A stretch of 63,200 nucleotides of DNA from an uncultured Erysipelotrichaceae bacterium (lineage in GTDB: Bacteria > Bacillota_I > Bacilli_A > RF39 > UBA660), in the NCBI GenBank assembly GCA_902786275.1, contig CADACC010000003.1, forward strand, positions 1-63,200, read 5' to 3'. The translations under genes were made by a program, and so were the position numbers. Shown here piece after piece: positions 18,772-28,117 of the stretch; the first letter of the stretch is position 1, and each line of letters begins with the position of its first letter. The notes beneath the pieces were generated by a model, which saw nothing but the letters and a program-made list of their open reading frames with translations, was not told where the DNA came from and made no database searches.

Positions 18772-19305
18772 ATGAATAATGATTATGAAAGTAAAATGAT
18801 TAAAGCTGTAGAAACTATGGATTCTAGACTTTTAAATATAAGAGCTGGTCGTGCTAATCCTGCAATGCTTAATGGTATTGTTGCTGAATATTATGGAACA
18901 CCAACACCAATCCAATCTCTTGCAAATATAACTGTTCCAGAAGCTAGACAACTATTTATTAAACCTTTTGATAAATCAGCTTTAAAAGAAATAGAAAGAG
19001 CTATTAATGAAGCTAATTTAGGTATTACACCAACTAACAATGGAGAAATAATAATTTTAACTATTCCTGAACTTAATGAAGAGAGAAGAAGAGAATATGT
19101 TAAACAAGCTAAACAAATTGGTGAAGAAGGAAAAGTTGCTGTTAGAAATGTTAGACAAGATGCTAACAATGATATTAAAAAACAAGAACTTCCTGAAGAT
19201 GAAGAAAAACTTTATCTAGAAGATATTCAAGAACTTACTAATAAATATAATAAAATTATTGATGATAAGATAAAAGAAAAAGAAGAAGAACTAATGCAAG
19301 TTTAG
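18772..19305 (+). CDS. frr: Ribosome recycling factor
   Basis: RAGRANPAMLNGI..., PELNEERRREYVKQAK; AGGAGG SD. Confidence 0.95.
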   Translation: MNNDYESKMIKAVETMDSRLLNIRAGRANPAMLNGIVAEYYGTPTPIQSLANITVPEARQLFIKPFDKSALKEIERAINEANLGITPTNNGEIIILTIPELNEERRREYVKQAKQIGEEGKVAVRNVRQDANNDIKKQELPEDEEKLYLEDIQELTNKYNKIIDDKIKEKEEELMQV

Positions 19306-19315
19306 TTCTTTTTTA
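19287..19315 (+). terminator. Rho-independent terminator overlapping the frr stop
   Basis: GAACTAA tgcaagt TTAGTTC followed by TTTTTT. Confidence 0.7.
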
Positions 19316-19371
19316 TTGACTTAATAACTATATTATTATAGTATATTGCTCTAACTAAGGGTGAATTGTTT

Positions 19372-19905
19372 ATGAGTAAATATAGACTAGTTGTAAAAAC
19401 TATTAATGAAGTAAATGATCCTGTTAAAAGAAAGACACTTTATTATTTTAGAAGTAGATTTTCTTCTATATTTTTTGATGCTGAAAATGTGAAGTTAACT
19501 TTTAGTTATGTTGAATGCTCTAATGCTTATTACAGAGATAAACTTCACATGAAATCAAGTATGCCAATTGTTGTTTATGTTACTAATGAAGGTATGTTTG
19601 ATACGATAACAAAAAGAAGAATTGATATAAGTAGTGAATATGTTAAACTTGATGCTTTATCTGATGAAGAATTTGAAAAAATGGTTACTACTATGAGTGA
19701 AAATGATTTATTAATGTATAGGGAATCACTTAATGAACTTGCAAGAATTGCTGATGAAACTAGAATAAAATATTTTCAGTTTAGAAGTGAATATAATTTA
19801 GAAAGTCAATTAAAGCCATATAAAGATGAAGCAAAAGAAGAAAAACCATCAATAAGAACAAGATTTAAATCTATATTTAGAAGAGGAACTAATAAAAAAA
19901 ATTAG
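19372..19905 (+). CDS. Hypothetical cytoplasmic protein
   Basis: ORF with an SD-like AAGGGTG upstream of the ATG at 19372; basic C-terminal tail; no recognisable motif. Confidence 0.4.
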   Translation: MSKYRLVVKTINEVNDPVKRKTLYYFRSRFSSIFFDAENVKLTFSYVECSNAYYRDKLHMKSSMPIVVYVTNEGMFDTITKRRIDISSEYVKLDALSDEEFEKMVTTMSENDLLMYRESLNELARIADETRIKYFQFRSEYNLESQLKPYKDEAKEEKPSIRTRFKSIFRRGTNKKN

Positions 19906-19916
19906 TTCTTTTTTTA
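19885..19916 (+). terminator. Rho-independent terminator
   Basis: GAACTAAT aaaaaaa ATTAGTTC followed by TTTTTTT. Confidence 0.65.
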
Positions 19917-19998
19917 CGCGTTTTTCATATAATAATCTATATTGAAAATTTGATAAAAATATGGTATATTTTTCTTATAGAAATAGGAGGATGATTTT

Positions 19999-20553
19999 AT
20001 GCCAACATGGCTAATTATTGTACTAGCAGTTGTTGCTGTATTAGTATTATGGATTATTGGTTCATATAATGGACTTGTAAGACTAAGAAACAGAGTTAGA
20101 GATCAATGGGCTCAAATCGATGTTCAACTTAAAAGAAGATTTGATTTAATTCCAAATTTAGTAGAAACAGTTAAAGGATATGCAAAACATGAAAGTGATA
20201 CTTTAGAAAATGTAGTTAAAGCTCGTAACACTTATTTAAGTGCAACTACACCAGAAGCTCAAATGGAAGCTAATGGAGAGTTAACTCAAGCTATTTCTAA
20301 ATTATTTGCTTTAGCTGAAGCATACCCAGATTTAAAAGCAAATACTAACTTTGTTAAAATGCAAGAAGATTTAAAGGAAACAGAAGATAAGATATCTTAC
20401 GCAAGACAATTTTATAACGATACAGTACTTCAATATAATAATAAAGTTGAAGTTATTCCAACAAATATTATTGCAGGAATGTTTGGATTTAAGAAAGAAG
20501 CTTTCTTTGAAGCACAAGGTGCTGAAAGAGAAAACGTTCAAGTTAAATTCTAA
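19999..20553 (+). CDS. lemA: LemA family membrane protein
   Basis: N-terminal TM + YNGLVRLRNRVRDQWAQIDVQLKRRFDLIPNLVETVKGYAKHE, a canonical LemA signature. Confidence 0.9.
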   Translation: MPTWLIIVLAVVAVLVLWIIGSYNGLVRLRNRVRDQWAQIDVQLKRRFDLIPNLVETVKGYAKHESDTLENVVKARNTYLSATTPEAQMEANGELTQAISKLFALAEAYPDLKANTNFVKMQEDLKETEDKISYARQFYNDTVLQYNNKVEVIPTNIIAGMFGFKKEAFFEAQGAERENVQVKF

Positions 20554-20581
20554 GCTTACAGAATCTGTAAGCTTTTTTTTC
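20552..20581 (+). terminator. Hairpin + T-run between lemA and the DUF2207 gene (terminator or attenuator)
   Basis: AAGCTTACAG aat CTGTAAGCTT followed by TTTTTT. Confidence 0.65.
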
Positions 20582-20599
20582 TAGAAGGGATAAGGCTAT

Positions 20600-22543
20600 A
20601 TGAAAAAGATATTTTTATTTGTTATTTCTTTTTTAATTTTACCAGTTATTTCTTATGCAGCATCTCCTGTTAATAATGTTAACTATAAAATTAAGCAAGA
20701 TTATATTGAAGCTTATATTCAACCAAATGGAGATGTAAAAGTTAAACAACTTTTAGTATATGATGGTTCCTTTAATGGTGTATTTGCAAAAATAGTTTAC
20801 GATAATCCTGGTTTATCAACTAGTTCTTTAAATTATGAAAATAATGATATTTATAATTTTGATGGAGTTAATGATTTTAAATTATCTGCAAAAAGTGTAA
20901 ATAGAGTTTCTTTTGATACATTTAATGAAGGTGGATTTGAAAGATTTGATAAAGTAAGTTATGCATCAAAGGGTGATCAATATAAATATGTTGTTGATGA
21001 TCCTTACGGATACTATAAATATACAATTTATCACGCAACTCATAATGATAAAGTAGCTTTTTTACTTGAATATACTTTAGATAATGCAGTTGTTATGCAT
21101 CCTGATGTTGCAGAACTTTACTGGCAAATACTTGATGATGATCCTGATAAAGATGAAGAATCTGATGTTAGAGTAAGAGTTTATTTACCAGAAAGTGATA
21201 CAAAAGAAACATTTAGAATTTGGACACATGATATATTATCATCTAATATTAATTATATTGAAAAAAATGGTGAATTAATTGGTTTTGAAGCATCTGCTGA
21301 TAAAGTAGGTCATGGTGATCAATTTGATGTTAGAACAACATTTAATAAAGATTTAATAACTGATTCATCTTCACTTGATTACTTCGATGGTGAAGGATTT
21401 AGTGGAATTTTAAAAGTTGAAGAAAAAAGAGCTGAAGAAGCTAACCAAGAAAGAGCAAGACTTAGAAGAATTTATAATTTCTTTAAAGTTGTTGCAAAAG
21501 TATTACTTGGAGCAATAGGAGCTGGATTCTTATTTATTTTATATTTACTTAGAAAACCAAAAGTTGATTTTAATGGTGTTCAATATTATCGTGAATTTAT
21601 AGATGACTATAACGTAGAAGTAATTGACTATTTATTTAATAAGCAATTAACTCCTAATGCACTTTCTGCTGCTATTATGAATTTAATATATTTAAAGAAA
21701 GTAACTGTAGAAGAAGTAAAAGACGAAAAGAAAAAATTACTTGATAAGAGTAAAGATTATAAATTTACTTTAATTGATAGAGAAGGATTAGATGAGTCTA
21801 ATACTAAACTTGTTGAATTCTTATTTGATAAAGTTGGAAATGGAACTGAATTTACAACTAAAGGATTAAAGAAATATGCATCTAGTTTATCTACTGGTAG
21901 TAAATTTAATACTAGTTATACATCATGGAACAAGGAAGTTATTTCTCAAGGTAAAAAACAAGAGTTTTATAGATCTAAATCTACACCTACAATAATTGCT
22001 ATAGTTTTATTACTATTATCAATTTTATTTGTAGCTTTAGGTGCTGGTCAAGGTGTTGATTACTGGTTACTATATTTAACTTTACCTGCAGCATTTGTTC
22101 TTGTTATATATGTTGCAGCTGCTAAAGCGTATAGTGAAAAAGGAACTCTACATTTAAAGAAATGGAAAGCATTTAAGAACTTCTTAAATGACTTTGGATC
22201 TTTTGATATTAAAGAGTTACCTGAAGTTGCTTTATGGGAAAGATATTTAGTATACGCAGTTATTTTTGGACTTGCAAAAAAAGTTCAAAAAGACATGAAT
22301 GTTAAAATTAAAGAGTTAGAAGATATGGGTCAATCATTTGATTCAATGTCTACATTTACTAATATTTATATTTATGATTCAATAAGATCAAGCTTCGCAA
22401 GAGCTGTTACAGATGGAAGAAGAAGTTATGCTGCTTCTCGTGCTAATGCTTATTCATCTTCATCATCTGGTGGAGGCTTTGGTGGAGGCGGATCCTTTGG
22501 TGGAGGCTTCGGCGGAGGCGGCGGAAGTCACGGAGGATTCTAA
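20600..22543 (+). CDS. DUF2207-family membrane protein with glycine-rich C-terminal tail
   Basis: Signal peptide; large extracellular N-domain; 3 TM helices; WERYLVYAVIFGLAKKV motif; tail SSSSGGGFGGGGSFGGGFGGGGGSHGGF. LemA-DUF2207 is a classic gene pair. Confidence 0.8.
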   Translation: MKKIFLFVISFLILPVISYAASPVNNVNYKIKQDYIEAYIQPNGDVKVKQLLVYDGSFNGVFAKIVYDNPGLSTSSLNYENNDIYNFDGVNDFKLSAKSVNRVSFDTFNEGGFERFDKVSYASKGDQYKYVVDDPYGYYKYTIYHATHNDKVAFLLEYTLDNAVVMHPDVAELYWQILDDDPDKDEESDVRVRVYLPESDTKETFRIWTHDILSSNINYIEKNGELIGFEASADKVGHGDQFDVRTTFNKDLITDSSSLDYFDGEGFSGILKVEEKRAEEANQERARLRRIYNFFKVVAKVLLGAIGAGFLFILYLLRKPKVDFNGVQYYREFIDDYNVEVIDYLFNKQLTPNALSAAIMNLIYLKKVTVEEVKDEKKKLLDKSKDYKFTLIDREGLDESNTKLVEFLFDKVGNGTEFTTKGLKKYASSLSTGSKFNTSYTSWNKEVISQGKKQEFYRSKSTPTIIAIVLLLLSILFVALGAGQGVDYWLLYLTLPAAFVLVIYVAAAKAYSEKGTLHLKKWKAFKNFLNDFGSFDIKELPEVALWERYLVYAVIFGLAKKVQKDMNVKIKELEDMGQSFDSMSTFTNIYIYDSIRSSFARAVTDGRRSYAASRANAYSSSSSGGGFGGGGSFGGGFGGGGGSHGGF

Positions 22544-22550
22544 TATAATT

Positions 22551-22578
22551 AAAAAAGGTATTTTAAATACCTTTTTTT
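22551..22578 (+). terminator. Rho-independent terminator (AGGTAT..ATACCT family)
   Basis: AAAAAAGGTATTT taa AAATACCTTTTTTT, followed by TGTATAAT. Confidence 0.75.
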
Positions 22579-22622
22579 AGTGTATAATATATCTTGTCAC
22601 TTTAAATCAGGAGGTATGATTT

Positions 22623-23165
22623 ATGGGTTATGATTTATTTAAAGATTTACAAAAGAAGTATGGAATTCCATGTCCACAAGTATATTCAAGTTTATTTAAG
22701 AATGTTAAGTTTATGCCTGGTACTATTGAATCAACTATAACTGAGGAAAATACAAATAGTTCTGATGTTGTTTCAATATATGCAAGAGATGTAGCTTTTT
22801 TTGGAGATATGGTTAAAGTAAATATTTTGACTGAAAAAACATTTTTTGCAAATCATGTAGTTGATAAGATTTATTATGCTCTTAATTTTAATTATTTTGT
22901 AATATCTAATATTCATATTATAGAATCAGGTGTTGTTTTTGATTATGAATGTTATGATAGTGATGCATTTAAAGAGGTAAGTCATGAACATAATGATGGT
23001 AATCCAAAGCCAGAAATGTTTGCAGCAGCTAATATAAAACCATTTTATAAAGATACAGGATTTATAGGTTATAAAGAAAAAAATCATGCAATAAATTACA
23101 TATTAGTTAAGTTTTTCGAAGCTAAAGCAAAAAATATAATGGATACATCTAGGGATAGAACATAA
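22623..23165 (+). CDS. Hypothetical protein
   Basis: AGGAGG SD; 180 aa; no recognisable motif. Confidence 0.45.
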   Translation: MGYDLFKDLQKKYGIPCPQVYSSLFKNVKFMPGTIESTITEENTNSSDVVSIYARDVAFFGDMVKVNILTEKTFFANHVVDKIYYALNFNYFVISNIHIIESGVVFDYECYDSDAFKEVSHEHNDGNPKPEMFAAANIKPFYKDTGFIGYKEKNHAINYILVKFFEAKAKNIMDTSRDRT

Positions 23166-23170
23166 AAAAT

Positions 23171-23196
23171 AAAAGGTATATTAATACCTTTTTTTT
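23171..23196 (+). terminator. Rho-independent terminator (AGGTAT..ATACCT family)
   Basis: AAAAGGTAT atta ATACCTTTTTTTT, followed by TGCTATAAT. Confidence 0.75.
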
Positions 23197-23231
23197 ATGC
23201 TATAATTATTTTTAGTAGGATGTGATAACTT

Positions 23232-24446
23232 GTGAAAACAAAGAGAATAAGAACTAAAAAAGAAAAAACAATATTAATACTAGATATTATTGTTCTTGCA
23301 ATATGTGTTATTAGAGTGGCTCCTAACTTTAGATTTTTTACTGGTGCTATTGAAGGCTTTTTAGCATATAAAAGTGGACCACTAACTTTATTTTTGATGA
23401 TTTTTTATATGATATGGGCAATGCTTTTAATGCTATTTATTAAAAACTTTTTAATTATAGCCATATATATGGCATATAGAATTCCAAAATCAAGAATGAT
23501 TAAAGAAAATACTAAGTATGAGGTTATAGAAAATATAGATTATTATAGAGAAAGATTTAAAAATATTACTCCTGCTGAGATTAGTTTATTAACTGATCTT
23601 GAAATAGAAACTAAAAAAGATATTTCAGCTTCTATATTAAATTTATATAATAAAAAAGTTTTATCATTTGATGGGTCAGGGAAAATGATAGTTGATGCAA
23701 ATGCTGATATATCAAATTTAAAGAATAGTGATAAATATTTATTTAGTTTAATAACAAATAATAATTTAAATACAGTAAGCATTAATGAATGGAAAAGTAT
23801 AGCTGAAAAAGAAGCTATTGAAGATGGTTATATAGTTGATAAAAATGCTCCTAAAACTGGTAGTTTTGTAAGTTCAATTAATACATTTGCAAAATTAATG
23901 ATGGTATTATTTGCATCTGCTTTAATTGGTGGAGCTTATTTAGTTACTCCTGTAGGTCAGAAATTAATGAATGAATTCGAAGAATACGATAAAATAGCAG
24001 ATGAAAAGAGTAACGAAGAAATAACAGAATTAATTAAAACTGATAAGGATTTTAGTAAACTTACTTATGATTTATATGTTAGATCTATTCCAATTGCTAT
24101 TGTTGGAACATTTACAGTAACATCACTATTTTTATTATTTGCAATGCCACTTTATGCTAAAGCAAGAAGTGTTACATATAAAATGGTTGATGAAAATGAT
24201 AAATATGAAAGAAGTTCTGAAGGAAAACTTCTTGTTGAACAAATTGCAGGTATGAAAAACTTTATTCATGATTTTAGTAATTTATCGCAAAGTGAAAAAG
24301 AACAAGTTGTTTTATGGAATGACTTTATAATTTATGCAATTTTACTTGAAGAGAATGAGAAAATTATAAATGAAATATTCCAAGTTAAAAATATGAATAT
24401 AAATGTTTTAAATAGTGCTAATATAAGTACTAATAAATTAATATAA
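23232..24446 (+). CDS. Polytopic membrane protein with DUF2207-C-terminal-like motif
   Basis: Several TM helices. VVLWNDFIIYAILLEE parallels VALWERYLVYAVIFGL of the DUF2207 protein. GTG start. Confidence 0.45.
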   Translation: MKTKRIRTKKEKTILILDIIVLAICVIRVAPNFRFFTGAIEGFLAYKSGPLTLFLMIFYMIWAMLLMLFIKNFLIIAIYMAYRIPKSRMIKENTKYEVIENIDYYRERFKNITPAEISLLTDLEIETKKDISASILNLYNKKVLSFDGSGKMIVDANADISNLKNSDKYLFSLITNNNLNTVSINEWKSIAEKEAIEDGYIVDKNAPKTGSFVSSINTFAKLMMVLFASALIGGAYLVTPVGQKLMNEFEEYDKIADEKSNEEITELIKTDKDFSKLTYDLYVRSIPIAIVGTFTVTSLFLLFAMPLYAKARSVTYKMVDENDKYERSSEGKLLVEQIAGMKNFIHDFSNLSQSEKEQVVLWNDFIIYAILLEENEKIINEIFQVKNMNINVLNSANISTNKLI

Positions 24447-24479
24447 AAAGGTATGTAAATACCTTTTTTATTTGATATA
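24446..24479 (+). repeat. 34-nt terminator-promoter module, copy 1 (AAAAGGTATGTAAATACCTTTTTTATTTGATATA)
   Basis: Identical to 25079..25112. AGGTAT gtaa ATACCT hairpin + T6, then a TGATATA(G/A)T extended -10-like element. Confidence 0.8.
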
Positions 24480-24529
24480 GTATGCAAAATAAGTTATAAT
24501 AACCATCAATTAGTTTGGAGGTTTTGTGA

Positions 24530-25072
24530 ATGACTTCTCATGATAAAAAATATAAAGAATCACAAGATTCATTTAAAGCAACGTTTCAAATGCAGTATGC
24601 AGGCCAAATGCTTCAAAATGTGAATATTGATTATGATAAATTCTATGGTTGTATAGATAAGACTTTTGGTCAGCATGCAAAAATCGAAAGCTATGTAAAA
24701 TTAAGTTTCAAATTTGATGATAAATTTTTTGATGGTAATGTTTATTTTCGTTCAACAGAATTTGATCATTACTATAATTCAACTTTAGTTCGTGAGATAT
24801 GTTTTAAGTTTGAAGAGAAATACTATTTAATCAGAGTAGCTAGTATCTCATACGAAGAAGGAAAACGTTTATGTCGATGCTATGTTGATGTATATAATGA
24901 GGAGACTGTTTCAGAAAAAGTACAATATCCAAACGATCTTGTCTCTTTAATAGATAATAACGAAGTTCATTATGATTTCTATAAATATTATCATGAAATA
25001 GAACTAAGTGCTGATGCCAATATAATTGGTGAAGTTATTAAAAATGTAAGTAGAGATCTAATTCAAAGATAA
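24530..25072 (+). CDS. Hypothetical protein
   Basis: GGAGG SD; 180 aa; bracketed by the two identical 34-nt modules. Confidence 0.45.
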   Translation: MTSHDKKYKESQDSFKATFQMQYAGQMLQNVNIDYDKFYGCIDKTFGQHAKIESYVKLSFKFDDKFFDGNVYFRSTEFDHYYNSTLVREICFKFEEKYYLIRVASISYEEGKRLCRCYVDVYNEETVSEKVQYPNDLVSLIDNNEVHYDFYKYYHEIELSADANIIGEVIKNVSRDLIQR

Positions 25073-25078
25073 TTTAAT

Positions 25079-25112
25079 AAAAGGTATGTAAATACCTTTT
25101 TTATTTGATATA
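25079..25112 (+). repeat. 34-nt terminator-promoter module, copy 2
   Basis: Perfect repeat of 24446..24479. Confidence 0.8.
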
Positions 25113-25135
25113 ATTATTTGTAAGAGGGATTAATT

Positions 25136-25774
25136 ATGACTGTTGAAATTAATGGCATAGATGTTAATGTTGTAATTGAAAAAAAGAAAAATAAAAATAT
25201 GTATTTTCGTTTTTTAGATGCAACTACTTTACAAGTTACTTGTCCCTTTTTAATGACTAATTCTTTTGTAATTTCATCAATTAATAAAAATATAAGAGCC
25301 TTATCAAAAATGCAAAAAAGAGCTGAGGAAAATAGTGAATCTGATGAATATTTTTGTTTTCAAGGTAAAAGATATATTAGAGTTTTTGATGAGTCATTAA
25401 ATAAGGTAACTTTTGATCAAGATTTTGTATATGCAAAGGACGAAAAATCTCTAGATAGATTTATTAAAAAATATACTAAAGAGTATTTTGAATTAGAAGT
25501 AAATTATATAAAAGAATACTTTCATGATATACCAGAGTTTAAACTTCGAATTAGAAAGATGAAAACAAGATGGGGAGTATGTAATCGAACTGATAAAGTA
25601 GTTACACTTAATAGTGAACTTATTAAAAGAACGAAAGAAGAACTTGATTACGTAATTATTCATGAACTTTGTCATTTTTATGAAGGCAATCATTCAAATA
25701 GATTTTGGGCGCATGTATCAAGATACTGTCCAAATTATAAAATAATTAGAAAAACAATGAAGGAGGCTATCTAA
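25136..25774 (+). CDS. YgjP-like (DUF45/M48-related) zinc metallopeptidase
   Basis: RWGVCN...VTLN...IIHELCHFYEGNHSNRFW (HExxH in the WLM/SprT-like context). Confidence 0.75.
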   Translation: MTVEINGIDVNVVIEKKKNKNMYFRFLDATTLQVTCPFLMTNSFVISSINKNIRALSKMQKRAEENSESDEYFCFQGKRYIRVFDESLNKVTFDQDFVYAKDEKSLDRFIKKYTKEYFELEVNYIKEYFHDIPEFKLRIRKMKTRWGVCNRTDKVVTLNSELIKRTKEELDYVIIHELCHFYEGNHSNRFWAHVSRYCPNYKIIRKTMKEAI

Positions 25775-25775
25775 A

Positions 25776-26504
25776 ATGTTAATTACGTCTGTTAATAATG
25801 AAAAAATAAGAGAATTATCTAAACTTCAAATTAAAAAATATCGCGATATTCAAAATAAGTTTTTAGTTGAAGGAGATCACTTAGTAAATGAAGCTTATAA
25901 AAGTGGATATTTACTTGAAGTCTTTGTTTTAGATGAAAATAAATATGATTTTAATAATGTAGATAAGATTATTGTTACACCTGAAGTTATGAAGAAATTA
26001 TCAGAACAAGAAACAACTCCAGATATTATTGGTGTATGTACTTATATTAATAATACTTTAAGTGATTCAAATAATTTACTTATTTTAGATGGCATTCAAG
26101 ATCCTGGTAATTTAGGAACAATAATAAGAAGTGCTGTTGCTTTTAATTTTGATATCTTACTTGGTAGTAATACAGTTGATATATATAATAGTAAAACTAT
26201 TAGATCTACTGAAGGTATGATTTTTCATATTAATTTTGTAAAAGATAATATTCAGTCTTTTGTAATGTATAATGACAAGTATGATTATTATATTGCTGAT
26301 ATGAATAAAGGTGTAAATATTAAAGATTTTAATCGTGCTGGTAAAATGGTTGCAGTTATTATGGGAAACGAAGGCAATGGTGTATCTGATGCAACTAGAA
26401 ACATTATTAATAATTATGTTCATATTGGTGAATCTGATAAATGTGAGAGCTTAAATGTTGGAGTTGCTGCATCTATTATTATGTATGAATTAGGTGATAA
26501 ATAA
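25776..26504 (+). CDS. TrmH/SpoU-family RNA 2'-O-methyltransferase
   Basis: LDGIQDPGNLGTIIRSA, MGNEGNGVS and LNVGVAASIIMYE motifs. Confidence 0.8.
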   Translation: MLITSVNNEKIRELSKLQIKKYRDIQNKFLVEGDHLVNEAYKSGYLLEVFVLDENKYDFNNVDKIIVTPEVMKKLSEQETTPDIIGVCTYINNTLSDSNNLLILDGIQDPGNLGTIIRSAVAFNFDILLGSNTVDIYNSKTIRSTEGMIFHINFVKDNIQSFVMYNDKYDYYIADMNKGVNIKDFNRAGKMVAVIMGNEGNGVSDATRNIINNYVHIGESDKCESLNVGVAASIIMYELGDK

Positions 26505-26995
26505 TGGATAAGATATATATTGGAAAAGTAATTGGTACTCATGGTATTAAAGGTGAAATTAAAATATTATCTGACGTTGAGGTAAGCGATAAAGCTTTTA
26601 AATCTGGAAATATTTTATATTTTGAAAATGAAAGTAATGGATATATTATTGATTCTGTTAGAGTTCATAAGGGTGCATATTTAGTATTGCTTAAAGGATT
26701 TAATAATATTAATGATGTGTTATTTTTAAATAAGAAAAAAACTTATATTGATAGAAGTGCTGTACTTACTAATAGTGAGTACGTTTTAGAAGAATTATTA
26801 GATTTTACTGTATGTGATGAAAACAACAATAATCTAGGTTTAATTAAAGATTATGAGTTTAATGGATCATATGCTACATTTTTAGTTGATGGAGATAAGA
26901 AATTCTATCTTCCTAATGTTGAAAACTACGTTACAAAGATTGATTTAGAAAATAAAAAAGTTTATACTAAAAACGTAGGGGATTTGATGTTATGA
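26504..26995 (+). CDS. rimM: 16S rRNA processing protein RimM
   Basis: IGKVIGTHGIKGEIKI PRC-barrel/RimM N-terminus; position upstream of trmD. Confidence 0.85.
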   Translation: MDKIYIGKVIGTHGIKGEIKILSDVEVSDKAFKSGNILYFENESNGYIIDSVRVHKGAYLVLLKGFNNINDVLFLNKKKTYIDRSAVLTNSEYVLEELLDFTVCDENNNNLGLIKDYEFNGSYATFLVDGDKKFYLPNVENYVTKIDLENKKVYTKNVGDLML

Positions 26996-27654
26996 GAATT
27001 GACGTTTTAACTTTATTTCCAGATTCTATCAAAGGCTTTTTGGATGAATCAATTATTAAAAGAGCTATTAGTTCTGGTAAAGTAGAAATAAACTTAATAA
27101 ATTTTAGAGATTATTCACCACTTAATAATAATCAAGTAGATGATACGCCTTATGGTGGTGGAGCAGGTATGGTTCTTAGATGTGAACCAATCTTTAATGC
27201 AATTGAAGATATTAAAACTGATGATTCATATGTCATAATGTTAACTCCAGAAGGAAAAACTTATAAACAAGCTAAAGCTAAAGAACTTTTAAATAAAAAA
27301 CATATTATACTTCTTTGTGGACACTATGAGGGTTTTGATGAACGAATCAAAACTTTAGTTGATGAAGAAATATCCATTGGTGATTTTATTTTAACTGGTG
27401 GAGAGATTGCAGCAACAGCAATAATAGATTCAGTTGTAAGACTAATAGATGGAGTCATAACTAAAGAAAGTTTAGATTCAGAAAGTTTTAATGACAACTT
27501 ACTAGATTATCCAACTTACACTAAACCTGCTGAATATAAAGGTTTAAAAGTTCCAGATGTTCTTATAAGTGGAAATCATGAACTTATTAATAAATGGAGA
27601 GAAGAAGAAAGAATTAAAAAAACCAAAGAAAAAAGACCAGATTTACTAGATTAG
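26992..27654 (+). CDS. trmD: tRNA (guanine37-N1)-methyltransferase
   Basis: IDVLTLFP, DDTPYGGGAGMVL, LLCGHYEGFDERI and SIGDFILTGGE motifs. Confidence 0.95.
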   Translation: MRIDVLTLFPDSIKGFLDESIIKRAISSGKVEINLINFRDYSPLNNNQVDDTPYGGGAGMVLRCEPIFNAIEDIKTDDSYVIMLTPEGKTYKQAKAKELLNKKHIILLCGHYEGFDERIKTLVDEEISIGDFILTGGEIAATAIIDSVVRLIDGVITKESLDSESFNDNLLDYPTYTKPAEYKGLKVPDVLISGNHELINKWREEERIKKTKEKRPDLLD

Positions 27655-27665
27655 AGGTGATTATT

Positions 27666-28106
27666 ATGAAGTATAAAATATATCGTCGTAAAAAAAGATT
27701 AAAAGGTGTTGTTACATATAGTAAAAAAGAACCGTATGTATTTAATCCGGCATATAGAAAAAGTGATAAGATTATCGATATTGATAAATTATCTTTATAT
27801 AATAGTGATATGACAAATAATATATTAGTAAAAAAATATATTAAAAGATATAAACATCTTTTAAAGATGGTATATTTACTTTTTAATAATGAAATTCCAA
27901 CAGGAGATGGAACACCTGCTGTATTAAGTGAAATTGATAAGATGCGTGGTATTATTAATGATAAATATCATAAATATATTACTTTAGAAAATGAAAGGTT
28001 ATTCTTAAAAGAACTTGATTACATAGAAAAAGAACTTAAACAAAATTATATTGAAAGAGTTTTATTTGAAAAACGAGTTATAGGTAATCAAAATCTTATG
28101 AGATAG
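27666..28106 (+). CDS. Hypothetical basic protein
   Basis: ORF directly after trmD; no motif recognised. Confidence 0.4.
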   Translation: MKYKIYRRKKRLKGVVTYSKKEPYVFNPAYRKSDKIIDIDKLSLYNSDMTNNILVKKYIKRYKHLLKMVYLLFNNEIPTGDGTPAVLSEIDKMRGIINDKYHKYITLENERLFLKELDYIEKELKQNYIERVLFEKRVIGNQNLMR

Positions 28107-28117
28107 GGTTTTATTAT

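Noticed and set aside
22468-22540. GGTGGAGGC-type nucleotide repeats as a possible slipped-strand contingency locus
   Set aside because: They are imperfect, in frame, and simply encode the Gly/Ser/Phe tail that is typical of DUF2207 proteins. There is no homopolymer or perfect short tandem repeat.
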